Part shown: positions 10,495 through 22,660 of the stretch, one piece after another
Position numbering within the stretch: position 1 is the first letter of the stretch
Layout: every line of letters starts with the position of its first letter
Assembly: GCA_002256025.1 (NCBI GenBank)
Contig: NKIB01013551.1
Location: 1-55,650 of the forward strand
Direction: 5' to 3'
Length of the DNA stretch: 55,650 bases
DNA from: Asterionella formosa
Lineage: Eukaryota
Program-made: the position numbers and the translations under genes
Notes under the pieces: generated by a model
Database searches by the model: none
Told to the model about the DNA's origin: nothing
The model's input: only the letters and a program-made list of their open reading frames with translations

Positions 10495-13400
10495 CTAGCG
10501 AGGATCCATGCCGCTTTGGATGTACTGAAAGATAGCTCCAAACCGATCGGCAGCAAATACAGTATCGAATCTGTATTTATGAAGAAATTCTCTTGCGACA
10601 TATTCCCAAGTCTCGCGATCCTGAACTTGCTTGGCATCTATGTCATTGATCGGAAGAGACAAGATTTTGAACATAACTTCTATTTCGTCCCGGAAGCTCT
10701 CGCAAATATAGGGCCCTAAATTGGGATCCAAATTGTATCGGACGACATACTCAATTATAAAGAAAAACGTTGTTGCCCCAATAGCACCACTTACGGCACC
10801 GAGAGCAGTCCAATAAGGAATGTTTTCGTTCACACTAAGCGAATCCCCAAATTGCTGTTCAGCGACAGCCCAAGGGAGGGCAATTGCTGCTGCCAAGGCA
10901 GCAAGGATGCGTAGAACGGTGAGAAAAATTTGTGTCCACGTGATTCCCCGGACACGACGAATGTTTTCAGCACTATCACTCGAAGTAGAACTCCTGGCCT
11001 TCTGACCAAGTGTTGCTTGCAAGCTTACTAAGATCTTCGTCTTCTTAATCAAATGAAACACAGCCAATGATGCGCCGTATGCCGAGGCAACGGTAGCCCA
11101 GAAGGCAACAGTAGTTAGCACACTAATAGAAAAGATACGAGCAATAGTAAAGATAACGGAGGCAAAAAAGACCAAAAAGCCCGCCATGAATGTAAGACTA
11201 GCAGTGTCGCTTTCCCGGGTGGCCCAGTACAAACCCTCAAGGTCTCGAATTTCCCGTGAAAGTACAGTAGATCCGTGCAAACCAGAAAGGTGACGTGTTT
11301 GTTTGACGATTCCCAAAGTTTCGATAGAAATTGGGGCCGTTCGTCTTGTTACAGTGCGACTGGATATGCACAAGAGACTATAAAAGTAAATCAAGCTGGC
11401 GGAAATATCCCATTGCCATAGTTTGCGCTGTTTGATAAACCCCCATCGAGTAGGGCCACGCTGCAGGGTGCTTTCCAAATAAACTCGGAAACGACGGAGG
11501 CGGCGAAAAAGGGCCAAAGACTCAGCAGAGCCAACGTTACGATCAACAGCGGTGGTAAGAAGATAGTGCATCTCGTCAGCACTTTTGTAGATTTTCACCA
11601 GGTAATCCCGTGTATGCGAGCTTTCTTGGTAGATGTCGGCAATGAATTTCTGGGTCAACTTTTTCTGGAAAGCGCGGATAGCCTTAGGATTATTGATGTC
11701 GTTCTTCAATTCTGCAAAGGCCTCGTTAAACTCCTTTGCTTCTGGATAACTGTAGTAGTCGGCATTTTTCAAGAAAATATCTACCTGTTTAGTGAAGTCT
11801 TCCACAAAAGGATTCTCTTCCACAGGAATTGAAACCCTGGACTCATGGCTCATGACACTGAATACTCCTTTCAATATCTTCTGCATCTCTTCATCTTGGA
11901 AAATGATTCGCGCTTCTTCATTGCGGATTTTGTATCGAGAAACGTTGGTCATTGTACCGAATGAGATTAATATGTTCAACGCTGCAATTAAAGCACCGAA
12001 TATATTTCCAGTGGAGGATCCGACCAGCGTAAACGCAAGGGAACCAGACGAGAAGGCAGCTGACGAAGTCAAAACGCTTGAGAAGTTTTGTGCCTCAACA
12101 GCAAATTCGTCGATGATGGAATCGACAGGCTTGGGCTGATTGTATAACTCACATGAAACACGATCATTCACAAGATAGGCCTTTGCGGCAAACTCGATGA
12201 TTTGGTTGCACACCAAGTCCATGTGTCTCGCAATAAAGATGTATTTTTCGTCCACCGCTGATCGAGTCTTTTCGTCGATTGCTAAACCGTCAACAAATTC
12301 ATCCCAAAATGAGTTAAAATCAGATGACATTCGCTGCTTTTGCATACCCTCGTAACGGGATTTTAAAACGGCAACCAAATCATTAGTTCCTATTTCCTTG
12401 TCACCATTGACTTCCTTGATCAGTTTCTGGAAGACAGCTTCATGAAGCTTAGCATATAGAGCTTCGATGAAGTCCTCGTTGAGCTCCATTCCACGAGGCA
12501 CAAGCGAGGAAGCCATCTTGACTGTCCAGTCACGAGACAAGATGTTATTCATGTCCTGCTGGCTTTCACGATGCTCTATGATTTTTGCATGTATGTAATC
12601 CAATCCGTGGCTGTACAGAAATCCAGGACGAAGGAAACCTTCTTCGCCGAAGTTTGAACCACAACCACGTAGGACAACCTCGCCATTATTCCAGTTGGTC
12701 TCAAAACAGTATAACCTGAAGCGATCAATGAATGGAACTCCAATAATTGCTTGCCTGATAAAGTTGTTGAACAACATGGAATTGATGCAAGCTCCAGTGA
12801 GACCAGAATACCGCATGAAATGAGGAGTAGCTTGCTCATCGCCGATGAAGGCGAAAACGTAGCCTTTAACGGCATCATTGAGGCGCATAGTGCGGAAGTT
12901 AATATAGTGTGCGACTGGGAAAGTAGCCATTGAAACTTTCGATTCTGCATTGCCGTCAGGACCTCGAGTTAAATTACCCTCTCGTTTGACCTTAGTTGCC
13001 TTACTCATCTTAGTGATGTAACCCTCCACATTGCGGGCTACCACCTGAGACCCCTTGACTAAAATTTCATACTTTTCCTTGGGACGGTCACTTAAACGAA
13101 AACTCTCGCCTACAGGCAGACTTCCAAGTTTGACATCAGTATAGGAGTTGATCAAAAATAGTTGAGGTACGCGTTTTCGCGCACCAGGGCTATAAACGTC
13201 ACCGAAACGGATCGTTTCTAAACAGGCCTCGTACCACAATCGATCAATATGATGATTCAGTACTCCCTTGAATCTGGATACATTATTCTTGATGGTTTCA
13301 TCTTTATCCTTCAAAGCGAGCGGAGCAACAAGTTCATCGCAGAGGGCAAGTTTCCAACGATCATACTCTCGAGTAAATTCCATTCCAAGGTAATAGTTGT

Positions 13401-16400
13401 CACCAGTCTCAAAGAAACGAGTCTGAAGGGACTGACGGCGGAAAGTGTCAGCACGATCAGCAAGGTCTTTGACAGCTGCCTGGATCTTGGGTACAATCGG
13501 GTCAATTTTATTCAAATCAGGAAACATAGATTCAGAAACCAGTGTATTGAAATGAGTTTGCCAGTTGGTATCTTTATTGTTTGTCATCAAATCATACATA
13601 CGAGCTGCGATTGGAGCTGATTTGACCATTTTCGTGAAATCTCCTACGATGCGAGTGTTCTGGTCATTCGTAGAACGGAAATCGTCCAACAAGCCACGCC
13701 CCCAACGCGTTTCTCCAAAGTTGTGCATTCCCATGGACACTTTGAGTCCTTGAATGCAGCAGACACCATAAGGTTCATAGGTAGTCACTCGGAAATGGAC
13801 ATCGGAATGGGCAGGCTTTCCGGTTGCTTGGACTACATGCGTATGCCCAACATCAATGGTAAACCTTTCGGACTTGATAACATTCATGAGCAGTTCATCT
13901 CGGACGTAACCCCCATCGCGACCCTTCACAACACTCTCTACGATAACTTTCGTTATACCAGCATGACGAGTGACCCCCTTAGGATACACGGAAGGTAAAT
14001 TGGCTGCAGTCGCCTTCAAGTTCTCTCGTCCTTCTTCAAGGGCCTTGAAGGTGTAGAGTTTACTGTCAAGATCAACTCCAGTAAGCATGAATGGCAAAAC
14101 TGCTTGTTCAAGGCGAATGTAGATTCCATACTCCACTCCAATCCGAAGTTCATCAATGCTGAGAGCCTGCGTGTACACAAGGTCCACTACCTTCCATGAA
14201 TGGTACTTATTGACACGAATACCGTTCTCGTCGACACGGCGAAGGATACTATCGTCGATTTTCAAATGCTCTCCAAACTTGGTTAACGAGTTCGAAACGG
14301 GGTCGTACTTGGACTGGGAATCAGTGTGAACCTGGATCAATCCTTTTGCCCACATTTTGGACATCTCCACATGAAGCATGTTTTCAAGGTCTTTGATGGT
14401 AATCTCGACGAATCCTTGGCTTGGCAAGATATTTCCAAGCTGGGAAGCGGTCTCTCCTGAAGCTGGAATATACACATCTTCGTATCCGGTACCCAAGTGG
14501 TAACGGAGTGTTCCAATCCAACGAGAATCCAATCGAACAATCTGCGCGCGCTCGAAGGTGGAAGCTCCACGAGAAAAAGCATCACGTGCCTCGTAAAGCT
14601 TCATCACACCACCAGTTATCAAGACGTTCTCGCAACAAAGAATGACAGTAATCAAACCAGTGGGACCTCCACCAATAACAATCATTGATTGAGGGGGGAA
14701 CTTGACAATCTTGGTTCGAGCCAAAGTCGACCATTCTGGGTCAGCTGCCGAATATTCCTTCTCACACACAAAAGGATCATAGCTCTTCAATTTGGAGTCG
14801 TATGTGTAGTATGTCTTCCCAACTTCCAAGTCATTGATCGACACCTGTGCCTGATTTGAACGTTGTATCTCAGCAAGAACATTCAAACGCGCATTATCTA
14901 ATTCTTCACAATGGACCTGTGATAATACCACGAGTCGGCGAAGCGGTACACGCAAATACGTAAACTCCATGAATCCTGCGTAGGCGAACTTCTTGAGATG
15001 ATCCAATTCAATGGTCATGAACGCTTTTTGAGCTCGAGTAATAGCCTCCGCAACAGGAACGTAGGCACGAAGCTTGACAGAGCCATCCGTAAGCGAGATG
15101 AATTTTTCGTATTTTGTATCGACATGGATAAACCGATGCTGGTCTTGGCCTGTCACCTTCGCATCATAAATATATGCATCCATCTTGTCCCCTTGTTCGA
15201 CCCAATACCATTCGTCGTGTTCAACATCGGTGACGATATCGCCTTGCGACAATTCACGAAGGGCTTCATTAAGAATTTCACGACGGAGCTCCCTCTGAAG
15301 GAGCGTCTTCGCGCGTCCCAACAAGAGTTGGGCTGGCTTGCAGCTTCCCAATCCATTCTTGACCAACTCCATGAGAGTTCGCTTGTCGCGAGGAGTAATC
15401 AATGTAAGGGCAGAGCGAATGCGACGTTCATTTACTTCTCCTGTACTCAAACCACGAATGTGATTCAAAATACTGTTTTTGAGGGCTTTGTCGTTCGGGA
15501 TCTTCCAACTCACTTGAGTAATTAAATCATGTCCAAGGCGGATACCTATTTCGACAGATGTGATAATCTCGTAGATTTGTTTTCCTTCCTCTTCCATCAT
15601 TTCACAAGAGATGTGAATGGCATCCAGCCAACTCATAAATGGGTCAATGAGCGATGCTACACCACCACAGACTGGAATGACAATATTATCCTTCAATTCT
15701 CTCACAAGGTACTTTGCCGTGTCGGCTGTCCAGGATGGCTTCAATTCTTGGAGCTTGTAAATCATCGGAGCCAGAACCTTTGAATCCCATCTGTTCCGGC
15801 CACGGAAGTTCATGAGAGTCAAGAGAACGATGGGCATATGAAAGCGTAGAGTCTCGAAGGGGTTGAGGAGTTCCTCGCGCTGATGAGCAAAGTTGCCAGA
15901 AAATTGAAAAATCATATTATGCCAATGTTTCGACAAACGCCGGAGTTGGTGCACAATACCGTTATTCAGCATGGTTGCCTGCGGCTGTCCAATAAACGTA
16001 CGAACAATACTCTCGTCTTGAGGGAGACGATGAGCAATACGGAACTCATTGGTCTTGCGACGTCCAATGTAATTTCCGTATTGGTTTCTGTTTGCAAGTT
16101 CAAAGCCACTCGCTTCGGCTGCCAAGTTTTGAGCAATGTTCTTGGGGTTGTCAGTGAGCAATCCCTGGCGGCCTTGGGTAAAGACCCTGGTCAACCAATT
16201 TCCTTGCCCCAAAATGATTCGAAACATGGACGCCAGGGCGTGGTTTCGCGTTGACAAAAAATTTTCAGATGGTGGAAAGGCAGTGATGCCGACAATTGGC
16301 AGGCGTCCCCATGCATCAAAAAGTCTATTCCACTTGATTTGAGTGGATAGATGCCATAGAAAATCGTAACGTGGTTGAATGAGTCTGACCATGATGCGAC

Positions 16401-17352
16401 TCACGTTTCGGTTCTCAAAGGCGATAGTCAGGACATACTTGATGTCTTTCGTTCTGCCAGTGTCCATGACTTCAATCAATTGATCGAGGATGTAAGCTTC
16501 GTAGCCAGTTGCGAATGGTAAGAACGTCTGTAGAGGTCGTGAAAAGCGGAGGGAGTTAACCTCATCATAAGACCACAGCATGAATCTCTTGAGGATACCT
16601 CGCCAGGCTCCGCCAAAGATCCCGATTTCACTATTGACAGTAAAATCTCGAACGTCGCCAGAATTAATTTTGTCTAGCAAGGACTGCCCGCGCTCTTCGA
16701 AAAAAGCGGCATCTTCCTTCGCGCTCGGGGCATTCGCTCTTGCAGAGACAACCAAAGCTCCATCTTGTCCAAGTTCTTGAAAGCGCTTATTTGGCAGAAA
16801 CCTCTGGTCGCTGACCAGAATGGACTTTCCATTTTCAATGTCCAAAAGTCGCTTGGGGGAAAAGGATACGCCGCGACTGTCTTGATTGAATGAGGTGCGA
16901 TTCCCATGGTTGTGCTGGGCTACAGGCACCACCGATAGACGAACCGTCTTCTTGCCTTGAATGATCGATGCTCCCCGGGAGTGCAACAACGCCGAGGGAG
17001 CTCTGTGTCCGGGGGCTGGACGTGTAGATGGAATGCGTGATGAGAAATTGCGGGGAGGTGGTCCATGACCACCCGGTAGAGGTGCATCGGCCGAAATGGA
17101 TGGGACGGATGGGATGTTGGGCGGAGCCTGGGGCACTTGCGTGGAGAGGACTCTGACAGGGGGCGAGAGGGAAATTCCAGACCCAGTTTCCTGCTGAGGG
17201 CGGGAGGCTCCGGAACCTCTGACTTGTTCGGCGTAGCTTCCCTTTCTGTTTGCGGAGCTAAACGAGGTTGGCACGGGAAAAGCGTCTTCGCCTTCTTCGT
17301 CTATGGCAGCCCTGTCTTCTTCGTCGAGACCTGACGGGTGACGTCGCAACAT
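10495..17352 (-). CDS. Large (~2285 aa) uncharacterised protein with FAD-dependent monooxygenase-like motifs and multiple C-terminal transmembrane helices
   Basis: Uninterrupted 6.9-kb ORF; Rossmann MIVIGGGPTGL...KLYEAR, FERAQIVRLD, second FAD motif FIGDEQATPHFMRYSGLTGA; about 6 hydrophobic segments in the last ~550 aa; first ATG at 17352 (an upstream exon is not excluded). Confidence 0.8.
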   Translation of the reverse strand: MLRRHPSGLDEEDRAAIDEEGEDAFPVPTSFSSANRKGSYAEQVRGSGASRPQQETGSGISLSPPVRVLSTQVPQAPPNIPSVPSISADAPLPGGHGPPPRNFSSRIPSTRPAPGHRAPSALLHSRGASIIQGKKTVRLSVVPVAQHNHGNRTSFNQDSRGVSFSPKRLLDIENGKSILVSDQRFLPNKRFQELGQDGALVVSARANAPSAKEDAAFFEERGQSLLDKINSGDVRDFTVNSEIGIFGGAWRGILKRFMLWSYDEVNSLRFSRPLQTFLPFATGYEAYILDQLIEVMDTGRTKDIKYVLTIAFENRNVSRIMVRLIQPRYDFLWHLSTQIKWNRLFDAWGRLPIVGITAFPPSENFLSTRNHALASMFRIILGQGNWLTRVFTQGRQGLLTDNPKNIAQNLAAEASGFELANRNQYGNYIGRRKTNEFRIAHRLPQDESIVRTFIGQPQATMLNNGIVHQLRRLSKHWHNMIFQFSGNFAHQREELLNPFETLRFHMPIVLLTLMNFRGRNRWDSKVLAPMIYKLQELKPSWTADTAKYLVRELKDNIVIPVCGGVASLIDPFMSWLDAIHISCEMMEEEGKQIYEIITSVEIGIRLGHDLITQVSWKIPNDKALKNSILNHIRGLSTGEVNERRIRSALTLITPRDKRTLMELVKNGLGSCKPAQLLLGRAKTLLQRELRREILNEALRELSQGDIVTDVEHDEWYWVEQGDKMDAYIYDAKVTGQDQHRFIHVDTKYEKFISLTDGSVKLRAYVPVAEAITRAQKAFMTIELDHLKKFAYAGFMEFTYLRVPLRRLVVLSQVHCEELDNARLNVLAEIQRSNQAQVSINDLEVGKTYYTYDSKLKSYDPFVCEKEYSAADPEWSTLARTKIVKFPPQSMIVIGGGPTGLITVILCCENVLITGGVMKLYEARDAFSRGASTFERAQIVRLDSRWIGTLRYHLGTGYEDVYIPASGETASQLGNILPSQGFVEITIKDLENMLHVEMSKMWAKGLIQVHTDSQSKYDPVSNSLTKFGEHLKIDDSILRRVDENGIRVNKYHSWKVVDLVYTQALSIDELRIGVEYGIYIRLEQAVLPFMLTGVDLDSKLYTFKALEEGRENLKATAANLPSVYPKGVTRHAGITKVIVESVVKGRDGGYVRDELLMNVIKSERFTIDVGHTHVVQATGKPAHSDVHFRVTTYEPYGVCCIQGLKVSMGMHNFGETRWGRGLLDDFRSTNDQNTRIVGDFTKMVKSAPIAARMYDLMTNNKDTNWQTHFNTLVSESMFPDLNKIDPIVPKIQAAVKDLADRADTFRRQSLQTRFFETGDNYYLGMEFTREYDRWKLALCDELVAPLALKDKDETIKNNVSRFKGVLNHHIDRLWYEACLETIRFGDVYSPGARKRVPQLFLINSYTDVKLGSLPVGESFRLSDRPKEKYEILVKGSQVVARNVEGYITKMSKATKVKREGNLTRGPDGNAESKVSMATFPVAHYINFRTMRLNDAVKGYVFAFIGDEQATPHFMRYSGLTGACINSMLFNNFIRQAIIGVPFIDRFRLYCFETNWNNGEVVLRGCGSNFGEEGFLRPGFLYSHGLDYIHAKIIEHRESQQDMNNILSRDWTVKMASSLVPRGMELNEDFIEALYAKLHEAVFQKLIKEVNGDKEIGTNDLVAVLKSRYEGMQKQRMSSDFNSFWDEFVDGLAIDEKTRSAVDEKYIFIARHMDLVCNQIIEFAAKAYLVNDRVSCELYNQPKPVDSIIDEFAVEAQNFSSVLTSSAAFSSGSLAFTLVGSSTGNIFGALIAALNILISFGTMTNVSRYKIRNEEARIIFQDEEMQKILKGVFSVMSHESRVSIPVEENPFVEDFTKQVDIFLKNADYYSYPEAKEFNEAFAELKNDINNPKAIRAFQKKLTQKFIADIYQESSHTRDYLVKIYKSADEMHYLLTTAVDRNVGSAESLALFRRLRRFRVYLESTLQRGPTRWGFIKQRKLWQWDISASLIYFYSLLCISSRTVTRRTAPISIETLGIVKQTRHLSGLHGSTVLSREIRDLEGLYWATRESDTASLTFMAGFLVFFASVIFTIARIFSISVLTTVAFWATVASAYGASLAVFHLIKKTKILVSLQATLGQKARSSTSSDSAENIRRVRGITWTQIFLTVLRILAALAAAIALPWAVAEQQFGDSLSVNENIPYWTALGAVSGAIGATTFFFIIEYVVRYNLDPNLGPYICESFRDEIEVMFKILSLPINDIDAKQVQDRETWEYVAREFLHKYRFDTVFAADRFGAIFQYIQSGMDPR

Positions 17353-18658
17353 GGCTACGGTCGGCTGCACTTGCTTGTTTGTTGTCTGGAAAGCTAGTGA
17401 AATGGGTTAGAATTCTGCAGTGACTTCACAATAGAAGCCGTAGAATTGCGACGAGTTTGAATCAGTCAGTGTGGCGTGTTTTGGAATCGAGCGTGCCTAT
17501 CCGTGCATTCCTAGCAGGGCCATCAGTGAGAGCCCTTCCATTCAGAGCCCTTCCAATCAGAGCGCTTCCATTCATGCGTCGCCGAGTCCTGGTAGAAGCG
17601 AAGCGGAAGCGCCACAATTCAATCGAGAGAAATACCACTTTCGTCATCGTACCTTACTCTCAGTTCGCTCTCAAGAAGGTCGAGACAGCGGACTGAACTG
17701 AAAAAGAAAATATGAGTCAGTTGGCCTTGTTGCCTTGCTAGTCATACATGCAATTGTTCGGGGAGCAAATCATGCGTTCTTTCATTCCCCAGCAGGAAAC
17801 ATCAAGACTCGAAATCTTTCATCAAATTAATTAGCTCCTATCTTTGAAGTACATGTGTGCAATCATGGCCATATTCTATGATTCACCATAGTTAGGATCG
17901 AGAAGGACAAGCGTCACTATTACAAATAATTATATTCAGCTATGTATAAATATATTTTGAAGCGAAAGTAGCACAGGCACCCTCCCTCCAAGATTGAGAG
18001 CCATTCACCAACGCGAACTTTGACATGACACACAGTAGCAAAATAAAAGATACCTCAAGCACTTTTCTATCTCATAGCTAATTAAAATTTTGGATGAAAT
18101 ATATGATATACGGTACCAGCTACTGACTAAATCAATTGTTGACATGTCTATACTGTTTATTCAAAATAATCCAAGACATGATTTCATACATACTGGTATA
18201 CCGGTACCAGGTACAGACGTTGCTGCAATGCTCACTACGACCGGTATTAGAAGCATCAATAATGTGTAACTGGTCCAAACCCCACATTCAGAGCTGGTAC
18301 TGTAAGACGAGGGTTTTTTGGCTCGAACATTTTACTTACGAGGTACCGGCATTCCAAGTACTGGTACTACAGCTCGGCTTTCGTCCTCGACGTACCATAC
18401 ATACCACAGGTACAGAAATTGGTGTTGACTCCGTCTCTTAACATACAGATAAACTTCTCCATCAGGCGCGATGCTTTGAGATCTACCTGCTATACTGAAC
18501 ACAAAATTCTCAACATCGTGTCATCTCCCAGAATAGCCGATCTTTGCTTCCCCGTCGACTCCTAGCTCCGACTTGCACGTTAGAATGTCCCTCCGTTCCT
18601 CTTCCATTATTCCAATACACGCCAAGTGCAAGAAGAGCAGCACTTTTGCACTTTCATC

Positions 18659-21008
18659 ATGTCAGTAGTAGCAACAACGACGACACTGCACGATCTTCCC
18701 GATCATGTCGAGACTTTCAACGCAAAAGATGACGTTTCGTGCATCACGACCAATACCCTGCAGACGTTGGATACGACGGTTGTCAAGCGCTTGGGTTTGA
18801 GTGAGATTTTTCGTCCAAAAGTTAAGGCTGACGAAGCACTTCATGACAGCGGCGATCATGTTGGAGGTAGCGAGGACCACGAGGACGATCGCGACGACGA
18901 CGAAGAAGAAGATGAGTCACTCATACAAGGCTTGACAAGAAATTCAGGAGCCGAAGTTTTTGATGATGACCTTGCCGTTGTCGAGAAGAATGGACCAAGT
19001 TTGTTTCGAACTAAGGGGTTACCCATGGTCAAGCAAGTGGATTCCTATTTAAACTCGCAAGACTCGACCAGTTTACCGATTTCAGCGTGTGATGACAAGG
19101 CAACACCTTCCCCGGAAAAATTCAGTAGACAAAAGAGATTGTTTTCAAACAAGCTGCCGACCATGTTTTCTTTTGAAACGCAGGAGGACGCAAGGCAGAA
19201 GCATGACGAAGATAGCAATATGTTTTCTGTGTCCCTTGATAGATTTGCTACTGATGACTCCAGTGGCAATCTCAAGTCAACGGATCACGAAGAAGGAAAT
19301 GAATCTCGTAAAATTATCCGTCTTCCAAACGGATTTTTCATCTTGATTTCAGGTGTATTGGTTTTCTTAGTTATCTTTCTCGCTGTATTCTTTGCGAGGA
19401 GAAACACTTCCGGGAGTGTTGCTACCGACGAGAGAGTTGAGCCGATGTGGGTAACGCCATCAAGGAGTCCTTTCACTCAGCCAGTCCGTACTTCGCCTTC
19501 TAAAAGGCCCACAGTTATTCCTACTGTTCCTATTGTTGTTAAAACGACTCTGCCGTCAATGGGATCTCCCATATCATTGACACGATTTCCAACAACGACG
19601 TTTCCATCCAAGCGGCCAAATAGCAAGAATCCTACAATTTTTTCTCAAACGTCGACACCCAGCCGAGTGACGGCTACACCATCTACTTCGCCATTCACCT
19701 CGCAGCCGACCATTCCAATGGACTTTTACGATTTGATTGTAATGCAGTCTCCAGAGTCAGTTACTCCATTGTCTGACCCGAACTCTCCACAATCAGTGGC
19801 CTTTGCGTTGCTCGAGATAAAACGTGACGTTGAAGCTTTTGGTCTATTGACTCTTTTTTTAATGACAAATAAGACAGGATGGACTAATACATGGGATTTA
19901 ACACTGTTGGATAAATGTGCATGGTATGGTGTTGATTGTTCGCCAGATGGACATGTTAGTGGATTGTTTCTTAGCTTTAATGGCCTCAACGGTAGATTGC
20001 CTGACGAGATTTCTCTCCTGACACATCTCAGAGGTTTGTCGCTAGCAGGCTCTGCTGAAATCAGAAAGGTGCAGGGGAATCTTGAGGGTACAATTCCTGC
20101 TAGTTGGGGTCGAACATTGACTAACTTGCGTAAGTCATGCTCATCGTGATTGTAAAGAATGTACGCTTTTTGCTTCCTGCCTAAATTATCATGATCATTT
20201 ATAGGCGCCCTCGAACTTTATGACAACAAATTGACTGGAAGTATCCCAACATCTTTTTCCAAGATGACTCTACTTGAGACGCTGAACTTATCTGGCAATA
20301 AATTGTCAGGATCACTTCGGGGTCAAATTGATAATCTGGGTTCCTTGAGCAATTTGGATCTATCATCAAACAATTTTGTTGGTGATTTGCCAGCAGAACT
20401 TGGAAATCTGAGCAATCTAAAATATTTGTCGTTGGCTGATAATGCTCTTTTTGGATCAATACCAACATATTTCAACCATCTAATTGATCTTGAAGAACTA
20501 TATTTGTCAAACAATAATTTGGATGGCGATATTGGGGCTGTTTCAAGTATGAGAAAGCTCGAATGGATTGCCCTCCATGATAATCAGTTTACAGGAGGTT
20601 TGGCTTCTTTTTTATTACTTACAAAATTGATTGGAATTCAACTTCACAACAATCGAATGGAAGAAGTGTTGCCTCCAAATTGGGGTAACCTGAAAATGTT
20701 ACGATTTCTTGATCTTGCTAGTAATGATTTCTTTGGAACAATCGCCGAATCAGTTGTTTCATTGCATCAACTCGGTAAGGTCCAGACATCATTTTGTTAC
20801 TACTGAAATTGTCATCTCTTTTCTTCATGAATCTGATACATGCTATATTTCTTCGCCACTCACTTCCACAGTCCACCTTTCCCTCGACCACAACCACCTT
20901 TCTGGTCAAGTCCCAAGTGGAATTTGCGACTTGCCTGGTTTGCTTCGCCTTTCCGCCGACTGTGGTTCGGATGTGCAATGCAACTGCTGTACCGAGTGTC
21001 ATGTTTAG
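18659..21008 (+). CDS. Type II membrane LRR protein, 3 exons (18659-20129, 20205-20774, 20872-21008)
   Basis: Acidic disordered N-terminus, TM FFILISGVLVFLVIFLAVFF, P/T/S stalk, CAWYGVDC cap, LRRs, terminal ADC..VQCNCCTEC; introns GTAAGT..TAG (20130-20204) and GTAAGG..CAG (20775-20871) restore frame. Confidence 0.88.
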
Positions 21009-21324
21009 AAAGCTGTTACACAGAAGAAACACATTTTGCATGTATGACTGATGATTGGAGAAAGCTAAAATGCTACCGTGGATGATACTAATTGTATCGT
21101 TGATATCTAGAGACAGAGGGTGGGTATAATATAACAATGATTTTGTTATAGTTTTTAAACTTCAAAAAATCATACCAGTACTCTGCTCTAGATCTTAGTT
21201 GAGTTTCAGCATTAATTATCATTCCAAATATTTTGAATTGTCGAAGGACGGGGACGAGGAGGTCATAGTGTATAGCTGAAACCTAGATGTAGAATCATAC
21301 TATACTCTTTTCGTGCCCATGAAA

Positions 21325-22660
21325 TCATTCATAAAAACTAGGCAACTTCTTAACATCCTTCGACGACGTATTGTAACTATATGGAATCCCTGCATCCCTT
21401 GAGAGTACTGGTGGATACCATAAATGGTACGCAATGGTGGAACATGTTGTTCCCAACAAGAATCCTGCAAGTACGTCACTTGGATGGTGCCAATAATCCA
21501 CAATTCTCGAAATTCCCACAAAACAAGCATATATCCAAGGGAAAAAGCACAGTAGGTATAAGCCCTTGTTGTGCGATGATGTCCGATAGTGCACCTGTCC
21601 CAACAGGAACCATACCAAAATGGTCATACCCGAAAAGGACAAGGAGGTATGACCAGAAGGAAAACTTAGTTGGGCTTCAAGGACTCGATGAAATGTGGCA
21701 GTGCACAGTTTGGTGGTCGTGTTGAATTCACACAAATGATAAAAATTCGGCCTACGACGGAGTACAATAATTTTGAGTATTTGTGTAAGTCCTTCACTTG
21801 AACCGATGGCGACAAACAATGCGCAAAGACCAGCATGAATATTGTGAAGTTTCCTTGAGCAATTGTTATTTCTGGCATTTTTGTTATTGGCAGCATTACA
21901 ATGTTGTGCCAAACATGCAAACATCACTATCGTCATTGCTGGTACCCAAACACTCGACTTTATCAAAAGTGACGCTGTTTTGGTAGCAGGAAACGCCAAC
22001 GAGAGGAGCACAAAGAGGTTTAGCAAGTGTGTTCGACAGTGAAGAACCAATGAACTTGGTTCACCCATCATGCAGTACAAAACTAATACGTTTGTCTGTC
22101 TAGTATAGAAAGCGTTGTTAACATAACCGGTACCGGTACTTACAAGGAATGGTGGGTGGGTCCACCAATGGCAGGTTATAGTCAAAGGCCAGTATGACAT
22201 CGCCGTCCCTAGTCGTTTGATAGGGTATCTCCCTCGCGTGGATAACTTCTTCAGAAGGCAGCATCTGGGATTGGAGAGCGCGGTCGCAGTCAAGATGATT
22301 GATGTGAGCATAAATAATCATGGGTAGGCACTGCTTCGAGTGATCATCATTACCCCTAGCGTACCATACTGGTAAAGAGACCTAGTACAAAACCGGTACC
22401 AGGGTAGTATAGGTATACCGGACAGCAGTATGGGTTAGCAATAGACTAAATTCACGTACATATTTCGGGAGATACCATCCTGTCATTCCCGCCAGTAGTG
22501 AAACGAAGAAAAGTGGCAAGGAGGGCAACGGTTTACTCAACGCGGTCACGTTAACTGCAACTGACGATGGAGGTGATGGCGACGATGACGATGCAATAAG
22601 TTGGTCCATTTCGCTTCGAGAGCCTACTATTGAAAAGGCGGACGAGGCGAAAGTCGTCAT
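21325..22660 (-). CDS. PAP2 family lipid phosphate phosphatase, 3 exons (22660-22460, 22264-22144, 21974-21325)
   Basis: Catalytic motifs KxxxxxxRP (KIIVLRRRP), SFPSGH, SRIVDYWHHPSDVLAG; introns GTACGT..CAG and GTAAGT..CAG give a continuous frame. Confidence 0.88.

Noticed and set aside
10516..17334. Many short + strand ORFs
   Set aside because: Antisense shadows of the 2.3k-aa gene
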